Assembly (NCBI RefSeq): GCF_009914755.1
Contig: NC_060932.1
Length of the DNA stretch: 64,000 nt
Source of the DNA: the human T2T-CHM13v2.0 reference genome, Homo sapiens
Reading direction: 5' to 3' (one strand)
Below the pieces are notes generated by a model. It was not told where the DNA came from and ran no database searches. It worked only from the letters and a program-made list of their open reading frames with translations. The translations under genes and the position numbers were made by a program. Every line of letters begins with the position of its first letter. Position 1 is the stretch's first letter. Below are positions 16,510 through 29,921 of the stretch, one piece after another.

Positions 16510-17300
16510 AAAGGCCACACCCACCTGGGGAAATTCCACTCCCACCCGGCGGGGGGAAGCCCACACCCACCCCACGCCCACCCAGGGAAGCCCACGCCCA
16601 CCTGGGGAAAGGCCAAGCCCCTCCACCCACCCGCCAAGGAAACCCCCAGCCCAGCCAGGGGAATGCCAAGCCCAGCCAAGAAAAGGTCAAGCCCAGCAAA
16701 GGAATGCACAGGGAGGAAATGCCAATCCACGCGAGGACCACGAAGTGAAGCGACCAACGCCAAGCCAAGCATGGAACGCCAAGTCAAGAGACCAACACCA
16801 AGCCAAGCGACGAACGCCAAGCCAAGCCGTTACATACGCATGCGCAGAACACCAAGCCAAGCTGCTGCGGCGTGCGCGTGCGGCGTACCTCAGATGGCAA
16901 GTTACTGCACGTGGCAGTGTCCGACGTGTGCAACCCGCGTGCTTGTAAGTTCTGGTGCCACAAATGTCAGTGACAGCCTTGTGTTCCCGCCAGACCTCGT
17001 GGAAACTGGCCAAGCTTCAGGCCATTGATAAGGAGAGGCAGCCCGTGGGAAAAGGCGTCTACAAGCAGGACTGGGGCCAGAGCGCCTGGAACTTGAGGAT
17101 GCTGACTGTCTCCTCTGAAGAAAGCCCCGAAGACACTCGTGGCGGTGCTGTGCCCAGGTGGCCGCGGCTGCAGGGGAGGGGCAGCCTGGCGGAACTCGCT
17201 GCAAATGGCCTCAAAATCGTGGAACATAAGCCGCCCACGGTCTCCAGGCCCTGCTGAGCGGGGGGAGGAGCACGAGCACCTACCACTGACGGTGAGATGC
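16510..17300 (-). promoter_or_regulatory. GC/CpG-rich POTE-type promoter/5'UTR with short tandem motifs (GGGTGGGTGTGGG, GCTGGGCTTGG, GCTTGGCTTGGCGTT)
   Basis: Abrupt switch from AT-rich to GC-rich at ~16510. Minus-strand ttccccaggtgggcgtgggcttccctgggtggg resembles the POTE 5'UTR (recalled). NRF1-like tacgcatgcgca at 16835-16846, E-box cacgtg at 16908-16913. Confidence 0.65.
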
Positions 17301-18754
17301 AGAAAGGCATCCCTATGTGCAGATCCTGGGAACAGGATGCTTTAAGCCCCAGGGAGCCAGATCAGGCAACCCTGTCAGCACAGTTGAGCTGGACCCGGGC
17401 AGTGGCTCTGTGACCCTCCTGCGGGGACCCTCCTGCTACACAGCTCCACGTGGCCAGGCTCCAGGGTGCTCACCCAAACAGCAAGCGCTTTGGTGTGGGA
17501 TGAAAAATGGATTCCGAACCTAGGACACAGACCTGCTCTTGCCAACAAAAGTAGAGAGGAAGACAATTAGGAGTGCAAAAAGAATGTATTCTTTTGTAAC
17601 TCAAGTCTTGCCTGATCTGGAGGGTTAAGCTAAGGCTCCTCTTGCTTGATACTAAATGAACTTTTGAATGAAATAGAGAAAAAGAAAGAAGACACACACA
17701 CTAAATCGCCTTGTCCCACTGGATCCCCTGAGCCAGCAAGCAAGGGGAGGCCTGGCCTCCTGGGCCCTCTCCCCACCTGAGGGCAGAGCAGTTTCCTCCA
17801 GGGTTGCAGGGAGCAGCTGGGCTCCGTGGGCTGGGCCACCCTTCCTTCGTTTATGGGCATCCCCACACCTGCACTCCCCCACGCAGAGTTCCATGATCTG
17901 GGTTCAAATCCCAGCTCCGACCCTCAGCACCTGTGCCACCTGGCAAATGCCTTACCCCCACGCACTTGCTGTGTCCTTCTCGACAGGAGGGATGGGAGCC
18001 GGTGTCCCTGGCATGCAGCGTTGTGACAGTCAAACACAAGCGGGAGCAGGCAGACACGTGGACAGGGGCCTGGCTGCTGGGGGTGCTCACCAGAGGGCAT
18101 CAACCCATCTGCCCAGGTGGTCTTGCAAGTCTCAGCACTTATTAGGCACCTGACTATGGTAGACAGCTGAACAAAGCCCTGAGCTGCCCTGGGGAATATG
18201 ACCAGGGTGATGGACCAGGAAGGACAGTTGGGGTGCTTGGCATGAGTAAGGAGGGGCCAGAGAAATGCCAGTCTCTCCCCACCAGCTATGGGTCATGGAT
18301 CATCTGTATGGGGCACCCTCAGTGGGCTGAGAACCCAGAGATGCCACAAGGTTTGGCCGCATCCTAGGCTTCCTGAATTCCAGCCCAGCCATGGCCCAGG
18401 CTTGGGGGTACTTTGGGCTCTTAGTTGGGATGAGGAGGGGCCAGGTGACACTCCTCATATGTCCCAGGATCTGATCAAGAAAGTGGTGCCCTGTCACTGC
18501 CTGGGACCATCTGGTCTCAGTGAAACAATTAGGGCAGGAAGACCCTAGCACCCACCTTCTGGGCCACGAACACCCAGGTCCACAGTGTGGCCACCTGAGT
18601 CAGCACCACTTGCCTTGGGAGCCAGAGCATGAAGGCCCAGACAAGACTAGCATGGTGGAGCAGTGGATGCAGGTACGCAGGATGTGCTGTGCGGATCCAA
18701 AGGGCCCCTCTCTGGAGACTTGGGCATAACCTCTCTATCTTAAAAAAATCATTG

Positions 18755-20540
<1,786 letters not shown>

Positions 20541-20622
20541 TTGTATCTTCTACCTGAGAAATGGAAGAAGTTCAGAATGATTATGCTGAGATAGTAAGAA
20601 GACTGTGCATAGCTAGAAATAA

Positions 20623-20955
<333 letters not shown>

Positions 20956-21236
20956 AATAAGGGGGTATTTTTGTATATTTCTTTCTCAGAAACAAAGAGG
21001 CCAATTCCACATCGAAATTAAATGTATGATTTTCAAAAAGGACGCCTTGAGAATCTAACCAAATCTAACCCTTATTTAAAATTACTTGGTAAACTATGTC
21101 ACTTTAGGTAGAGGAAGATAAGAATTACAGGAAGTTGAATTCTTGAAAAATCCACAAAAATGTACTGTGCTTGGTGAGAAACTTGTAAAAGTGATTGCCC
21201 CTTTACCATGATTTGATATGAAAAATACTGTAATAT

Positions 21237-22464
21237 GCCTGCCTGCCTGCCTTCCTTTCTTTTTCTTTCTTTAGTTCTTTCTTTCTTTCTACAGTCTCCC
21301 TCTGTTGCCGAGGCTGGACTGTACTGCCGTGATCTCGGCTAGCTGCAACCTCCCTGCCTCGGGCTCCCGTGATTCTCCTGCCTCGGCCTGCTGACTGCCT
21401 GGGATTGCAAGCACGTGCCGCCACTCCTGACTGGTTTTTGTATTTTTGGTGGAGAGGGGGTTTCGCCGTGTTGGCAGGGCTGGTCTCCAGCTCCTGACCT
21501 CGAGTGATCTGCCCGCCTCAGCCTCCAGAGGTGCTGGGATTGCAGACGGAGTCTCGCTCACTCAATGCTCAATGTTGCCCAGGCTGGAATGCAGTGGTGT
21601 GATCTCGCTACAACCTCCACCTCCCAGCCGCCTGCCTTGGCCTCCCAAAGTGCTAAGACTACAGCCTCTGCCCGGCCACCACCCCGTCTAGGAAGTGAGG
21701 AGCGTCTCTGCCTGGCCGCCCATCGTCTGGGATGTGAGGAGCCCCTCTGCCTGGCCACCCCGTCTGGGAAGTCAGGAGCGCCTCTGCCCAGCTGCCGCCC
21801 CATCTAGGAAGTGAGGAGCATCTCTGCCTGGCCGCCCATCGTATGGGATGTGAGGAGTGCCTCTGCCCAGCGGCCCCCTCTGGGATGTGAGGAGCACCTC
21901 TGCCAGGCCGCCCCGTCTGGGAAGTGTACCCAACAGCTCTGAAGAGACAGCGACCATGGAGAATGGGCCATGATGACGATGGCGGTTTTGTCTAAAAGAA
22001 AAAGGGGGAATGTGGGGAAAAGAGAGATCAGATTGTTACTGTGTCTGTGTAGAAAGAAGTAGACATAGGAGACTCCATTTTGTTCTGTACTAAGAAAAAT
22101 TCTTCTGCCTTGGGATGCTGTTAATCTATAACCTAACCCCCAACGCCGTGCTCTCTGAAACATGTGCTGTGTCAACTCAGGGTTAAATGGATTAAGGGCG
22201 GTGCAAGATGTGCTTTGTTAAACAGATGCTTGAAGGCAGCATGCTCATTAAGAGTCATCACCACTCCCTCATCTCAAGCACCCAGGGACACAAACACTGC
22301 GGAAGGCCGCAGGGACCTCTGCCTAGGAAAACCAGAGACCTTTGTTCACGTGTTTATCTGCTGACCTTCTCTCCACTATTATCCTATGACCCTGCCACAT
22401 CCCCCTCTCCGAGAAACACCCAAGAATGATCAATAAATACTAAAAAAAAGAAAAGAAAAGAAAA
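21237..22464 (+). mobile_element. SVA retrotransposon (old subfamily, SVA_A/B-like), ~1.23 kb
   Basis: Pyrimidine-repeat head, antisense Alu-like domain (~21290-21665), short VNTR (ccgtctgggaagtgaggagc units, ~21670-21925), SINE-R (~21930-22440), aataaa and A tail; perfect TSD gaaaaatactgtaatat at 21220-21236 and 22465-22481. Confidence 0.96.
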
Positions 22465-22741
22465 GAAAAATACTGTAATATATCACTACTTTTATTTGAT
22501 AAGATTTTAGCTGATTAAAGTTTTGGTCTTAATTGCTATTTTACAAAATAGATGCTCACTCTGAGCATACACTTCTACAATCAGTTTTAGGAACTTAAAA
22601 TTTTTATATAATTTCATATGTTGTTACAAGAATAGTACCAAGAATGCTCCTTCTTCTCTTAATCGGGACTCACCAATTTCTAACATTTTGTTCCATTTTG
22701 TATCATTTGTCTATTTACATACCTTTTTTTTAGTAATTTGA

Positions 22742-23100
<359 letters not shown>

Positions 23101-23174
23101 AGAATAAGGGTATTCTTTTACCCAACTCCAGAATAATTATTAAAATTGTGATTTTTTGGGGGGAGGGGGGACGA

Positions 23175-23430
23175 GGTGTTGCTCAGTCTGGAGTGCAGTG
23201 GCACGATCTTGACTCACTGCAGCCAGTGAGCTACCTCAGCCTCTGGAGTAGCTGGGACTATACGTTTGTGCCACCATGCCCCGCTAATTTTTGTATTTTT
23301 GGTAAAGATGGAAGGGGGGGAATCTCACCATGTTGCCCAGGCTGGTCTCCAACTCCTGGCCTCAAGCAATCCTCCCACCTCACGCTCCCAAAATGCTAGG
23401 ATTACAGGCCTGAGCCACCATACCTGGCCT
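23175..23430 (-). mobile_element. Degraded AluJ
   Basis: ctcctggcctcaagcaatcctcccacctc; internal deletion. Confidence 0.8.
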
Positions 23431-23569
23431 GATCCCAGTTTTAGAAAAACCCTGTATCTAAGTGTACGGATATGTTGGGTAATCACTATCAAATTTTGGA
23501 AACTTTGCTTTTTTATATAATCAGAAGGATTCCATAAATGTACTTTGACTTGAAATAATATTTTCTTGA

Positions 23570-26460
23570 AGCCAGATATACATAGCTGTGACCTGGACTA
23601 GTTCATCTCATCACCTCCCCTCCCCACACCCTGCAGGTCCTGAGGTCAGTGGCCTTCCTGCCTGAGTCTTGGCTGCCTATGCTGCTGGCCATGGGTGAGA
23701 GGACAGCCTGCCCAATGAATGTCAGTGTGCTTGTTGTTTGTGTGCTTCTGTTGCATTTCCTGTATCTCGTTTTTTGCTTTTCCCATCTCTGTTTCTCCCT
23801 TTCCTCCCTGAGGCCTGCACTGGCAGTGCACTACCCACCTCTGAGTGGAGGGCAAGCCAGGCCCATGGCCATATGATCCACTCCCTCAGAAACACTCAGT
23901 TATACCTATTTGAATTAATGACTGGAAGCCCATGTGTTTAGAAATTTCACTTTCAATAATAGACTCTGCCCTACCACCCTATTGCAGGCATGGCAAATTA
24001 TTGCAAGGAATGCACATACTACATCCAGTCCTATCAGCAACTGACTAAAGCCTTTCCCATAATAGCATCCTAAACAACCTTTTAATGACATTCTGTCAGC
24101 AGATTTTTTCTATTGGAGAAAACACTAGAGAAAAACTGCTTGAGTTTTGTTGGAAGAGACTGTATCTGGAACGGTGAGCAACAAATACAGCATTAAAACC
24201 AAGACGTCAATACTTGGGTTCATATTTCACAACTAAAAAAGAAATTCAGAATTCCACACAATTGGAAGACTACTCAAATAGAAAATCTCAAAGTGAGGAT
24301 TCTCAGAGATCCTCCAGGAGCAACTGATCTGCACAAGCAGACAACTGACCCAACACCTTCAGAATAAGCAATGACAGTGGACGGTGGATAGCTTCTGTCT
24401 AACACATCAGACCAAGACTCCTAATTCCTGTTTTGGTTTTTACCTGCTTGCTTATAACCATCCTTCTCATTTTCTATAGACCCCTTTTTGTCATTCATTC
24501 AGAATGACTCTTTTGCTCTTTTTTCCATCTTTATTATAAGAGTTAGGTCAGAACATACTCATTCTAATGCCATTCTTAGATAATCCCAAAGAGTAGCCAC
24601 TGTCCTCAATCCTCCTGACTGCTAGATATGCTGGATAAACTTCTGGCAATTCTGGTTTCATCAGATGGGACCACAGGCATCATAGCGAATGGCATTTTCA
24701 CTTGCACCTACATTGACAGTTAACCCTAAAAAAGTCAACCTGTGACTTGCTAGAGTCCCTTTCTTCCAGAAAGATAATGACTAATATCAATGCCAATGAT
24801 TGGTCATTTTGCCAATAAGAATAATTGGTTATCTTACCATTTGTTACAATCTATTGATCAGACCCTCAGTAACTATAAATTTGAATTCACCAGACTTTGT
24901 AGGGCAATAGGCCAAATACCTGCCACAGAGAAGAGACTAACAGAGTTCCAACTATATAACCTAGCTGGTGTAAGGCCTTAGTTTTTACACTGTGAACAAC
25001 TTATCTCCCTGGTTTCTGTGTACGCCTGCTAAATACTTCCTTTGTGGCCAGAACAGATGGTCCTATTTGCCTCAGACTAACACTTTATCCACTTTGGTAG
25101 AAAGAGTACTTCGAGAATTGTCTATATATACACAGACCCTAAATATATAATGGGCAAGACTGGAAATCCAACTCAGATATGAGCTCCAAAATGAGTCCAC
25201 TCAACTATTCAGAGCTACTACCTGGAGAAATTACTGACTCATTGTTTATGTGAACAATGAGGGCAGTGTTCCCAGTGGTGGGAGTCACACAAATAGTAAC
25301 GAGAGTAAAAAACCTATTACTAACTGTAGACGTTACTGATGACAGCACCTCTGCCCAAGATGAGGTAGAGCTAGACAATCACAGTGCTCTGGAGTTCTTG
25401 TCGCCTTCATGACAGCGTCTGTGCCATTAACACTTCTTGTGTTTGATCGATGAAAGAGGCAAGGTGGAGTCTGCTTTCAGGGTAGCAAACTCTGAATAAA
25501 TGGGCTTTCCTTTTCTCATTTGGGTGGTCTTTATTTCCACAAACAGTCCATAAAATGAAAGGTTCTGTGCTATTTTAGAAGAATGTCTAGGAGTAACTGT
25601 GATAATCCCCTTCCCACACCCCCAGCTTTCCGGCCATGGACAGGAGCTTTTTCCTCTCTGTGGACTCAGCTTCAAGTCATCATGAAGCCACTGCAATGCC
25701 TCCTGCAGTGGAACCTGAGAAAACGAAGCTCTTGGCCTTATTCTGGAGGTGGCACCCAAGTCTCGAGAACAACACGCATGTGTGCCAGGCAGCAAAAGAA
25801 AGGGCAAGTTCTCATCCCCTGCAGGCTGCAGGGTGCAGCACAGGATGCTCAGAGCTCACTATTCAGTGTATGTCTGCTAACCACTGCCTGCCTCTTGCTA
25901 TACTGCTGAAATTCTCAATGCCTTGGTCTTTCTGCTTTCTTGGCTGTCACATTGGCACATTCTGTGGTTCTATGAAATGACTCAAAAGGATCTCTCTCAA
26001 TCATGTCTGAGTAGCAAAACTGACTTCAAGTATCCTGAAAACAGAGGAGGTGAAAATCCAGAAGACAGGGCCACCTATTTCCTCCGTCTGATGATCTAGC
26101 CTGTCTTAAACCAGAGGACCACAGTGCATCTTGTGATCTCAGCCTCCTGGATCAGTCATTGTCTAGCTTTGATCATAACCATGAGAAACTGGAGCAGAAG
26201 ATGAATGTGGAGAATGCTCTGGCTTGTCCTTATCCTGGAAAATTATTGTCCAGCAAATATGTAGCTGTCTAAAGCAGTAGAAGACAGCTGGTGTACCTCG
26301 TCATAGGAAGCACTGAAGAGTGCTTTTTCTTTCATCTAGCAAGTCTCAATTCTTGTTTATATTCTAAATCAGAACATAAAATCATGGGCCAGGACTGTAT
26401 AGAGCAAACATAAATTCTATACACATATACATGGCCAGGACTCACTTAAATGGCTATATA
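23570..26460 (+). mobile_element. Decayed class I (gamma-like) ERV: leader, integrase C-terminus, env remnant and partial 3' LTR
   Basis: 24100-24240 gives YWRKH*RKTA..CWKR..Y..TNTA..WVHISQLKK (integrase tail). 24560-24632 gives NAILR*SQRVATVLNPPDC*IC (SU CWIC motif). 25220-25470 gives LPGEITDS..RAVFPVVGVTQ..LDNHSALEFL..CAINTSC..DERGKVE (TM with ISD and CX6CC remnants). Purine tract then tg at 26206. Confidence 0.75.
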
Positions 26461-29400
26461 TAGGAGCAAAGAGGCTGGGAAGCAACGGCCAACACAGTTA
26501 ACACACAGCCTACAGGAGGGGAGAAAATGTGCCCAAACTGTGCGTCTCCACCAAGTCCTAGTAGCTAGAATCTACAAGGACCTTACATAAATCATAACAG
26601 CAGCATTTCACGCCAGTCAGAACAGCCACTAGTCCAAAGTCAAAAGAGAACATGCTGGAGAGGTAGCGGAGGAAACGAAACTCTGTTACACTCTTGGTGG
26701 GAATGCAAAATTTACCTCATACTGCAGAAAGCAGTTTGAAGACTTCTCAATAATAGAGAAAAAATAAATAAATAAATAAATAAATAAATGGATGGAAAGC
26801 AACTACCCTCCAACCAAGCAATCCTGGGTATCCTTTGGGTATCTACCCAAAGGAAAATAAATGTTTCTATCAAGAAGGACACACACCCTCGCACGTTCAC
26901 AGGAGTGCTATTCCCAAGTGGGAAGATGTGGAAATAACCTAGGTGCCCACCAAGAGTAAATAAGATTTGAAAAAATGTGATACCTTTGCTAAAAGGCCAG
27001 CAAGGATGATCAAACACAAACAAAATCATGCCCCCGGCAGCAACATGGATGGAATTGGAGGCCACTAGGCTGGGTGAACTAAGGCAAGAACAAAAAACCA
27101 AGTAATGCAGGTTCTCACTGACAAGCAGAAGCTAAACACCAAATACGCCCGAACATAAAGATGAAATCAACAGGTGCTGGGGATGACCAGACAGGAAAAG
27201 GATGGAAACAGAAAGCCCTGGAGGAAGAACAACCCCACTGGTACTGTCTCCACAGCCCAGGTGACAGGTGCGTTGGGATCCCAAGCTTCAGCATCCTGCT
27301 GTATAGCCACGTAGCTGGCCTGCAGGTGTACCCCTTGATCACAATAAAAGTAGCTGTTGTTTTAGAAAATCCAGGTTTGGAACTAAAAATAGGAAAAAGT
27401 AAATAAAACAAGAAAACGCACACGAAGCAAAACAAAACAAAGCCTATAGTAACCTAACCCACACATTAGTGGCATAAACTTAGGAAGATAACCGACTGGA
27501 CAAAACAAGGGGCCATATAATCAACCCAAAATTACAGACAGTGAACACATTTCCCACCCTCCCCACCTCACCCTGGGAAGCATGCCAAAGGCACAGTGGT
27601 TGAAAAAACCAGGTATTCATGTGCAGAGGACTGAAATAAACCCTTCTGTTGCACAAGATCCAAAAAGCAACATAAAGTCCACCAAACATGTAAGTGCAAT
27701 CCTGAAACCAAAAAACTCCAAGGAAAATGCACAGGGTGAGCATCAATTTTGGGGAAACTTGAATCCCTACACCTAAGCTGCAAACAGGAAAGGAAAACAT
27801 AGGAGCCAAATACCCACAGACCGTACAATGGCTTCGCCATCTCCCTTCTCAATAGGACACAGAAATCACTGCTAACGAAAGCAAATATAACCACGTGGGG
27901 CTAAGGACAACTAACTTCCCAGAGAGAAAACAGCAAACCCAAACTGAAGCCATCCTACAGACTGGGAAAAAATTATGGAAAAATCATGGAAGAGCCTGTT
28001 ATCTAACATACTTCAGAAACTAATGGTTCTAAATGGGCAAAACATAAAAACCCATACACAAGCTGAAAATGCCCAGAGGACCTGCGTGGACATTTCTTAA
28101 AAGAAGACCTTACATTGACTCTTGGGTAACAGAAAAATTTCTTCACATCAGCAATCATCCCCCAAATGTAAATCCCAACCACCCACACTCACATACTGTC
28201 CAACTTCCCTGGAGGATGAGTATGACCAGAAAGAGCAATAAATTTTTCTGAAGGCAAGGGCTAGTGTATGTAGACTTGCAGACACAGGAACTCTTATCTC
28301 CTATTGGTGGTAATGTAAACTCCCATAAACACTAGGAAAAACATCTGGAGGTTTCTGAAAGAATCAGCAGTACAACTACCAGTTCTTCATCTAGCCATCC
28401 CAACACTGGGTATACCTGTAAAGCAGAAGAAATTCATACCTTAAGGAGATACCTGCCTTCCCATGTTTCATGAGGCACTAGAGACAATAATCAAGGTACG
28501 GAGTCAACCTACCTGTCCATCCACAGATGAAGACATGCAGAAACTGAAGGATATATGCACAAGAGAATACTCTTCAGCCATCAAACTTCTGGACATCAGG
28601 TCACTTCCAGCAAGGTGAAGAAACCTGGAGGACATTAAGTTAAATGAAATAAGCCAAGCAGAGGAAGGCAAACACAAATTCTGCATGATCTCCCCAACAT
28701 GAGAATCTGACAAAGTCAATCTTCTCACAGAGGTATCCATGTCAATAGTGGGTACCAGAGGCTGGGGGGAGGACTGGAAACAGCTACAAAGTGACACTTA
28801 GATGAGAGGCAGGAATTCTGGTGTTCTACAGCACAGCAGGGTGACTAGGCTTAATAATATCCTAGCATAATATCCCACAGAGTGGGCAGGGAGGATTCGG
28901 AATGCTCTCCCCACCAAGAAATCATGTCTGTAGCATGAAACAGAAATGAGCTAGGTCCTGCAGGTTGATCATGACACTAGTGGTACATATGTCAGAAGGT
29001 CCCCTGCACCCTTTAAGTACACACATAGACCATGTGGAAATTCTTGTTTTCACAACAGGATCACAACACCCTACTAAAAATCCTGCGGGACAATGAAACG
29101 CCCTGCATCCCCAAAGCAGTTCCTACACATACAAACTTGGTAGAGTGCATCACATGCCTCCATTTTAAATTACTTTGCAAAGCCTTAGCTACCCAAACTA
29201 TATATGTGATTGGCATTAACAGGGTAACACAGGCCAACGGACACGATGAGGGTGCCAAGGGGCAAACCCAAATTGATGTGGAGTGAGCACATGTTGGAAA
29301 AGAATCCCAAAAGTCACCACAGGAAGGGAGAGCCTGTTCATCGCATCATTCTGAAAATGCGAGATCCCTAGTAAAATAACAAAAAGGGGTTCCTACTGTG

Positions 29401-29707
29401 TGAAATTCACAATAATCCATTCAACATGGACGTAAGACCTACACACAAAACTGGAAGCCATCACTCTCCTAGGAGAAAGCGTCTGGTATGCAGATACCTG
29501 GGTCAACCTGGATCTGTGCTTATGCTTTGCAAAAAGGAAAACAAAAAATATAGGGGAAAGAAAAGAATACAAACAATCAAAACTCACTGACAATGGATTG
29601 GTATGCTAGTGGATTGCTTTTACTTCACCAGTCACCAAGGGAAAATCAAAACTTTGCACACATGTGAAACCACATCAGATTGTATGGCTTGTGTGCAAGA
29701 AAGAATA

Positions 29708-29921
29708 AAAACAGTGAATGAAAAGAAAAAAACATCTAAAGGATGATAGGAGAATTCTGAGGAAAAACACAGCTATTGAGGCATTTTTTGGAAAACATAT
29801 AAGTAACTAACACTACTAAAACAATGAATGAAAAGGAAAAACATCTGAAGGATAAGAGAATTTGAAGGGAAAACACAGCTATTGATGCATTTTTTGGAAA
29901 ATGTGTAAGTAACACTACTAA
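29708..29921 (+). repeat. ~110-bp tandem direct duplication, 2 copies
   Basis: aaacagtgaatgaaaagaaaaaaacatct...cacagctattgaggcattttttggaaaa...aacactactaa repeated with divergence. Confidence 0.9.

Noticed and set aside
16755-16862. Short direct repeats with variable spacers, superficially CRISPR-like
   Set aside because: Repeats are ~14 bp with mostly 4-6 bp spacers in primate DNA with no cas genes; this is a degenerate minisatellite
16507-17028. 173-aa Pro/Lys/Ala-rich repetitive ORF (PSPAK, TNAKPS repeats) and overlapping antisense ORFs
   Set aside because: By-product of GC-rich short tandem motifs; non-ATG start and no recognisable protein family
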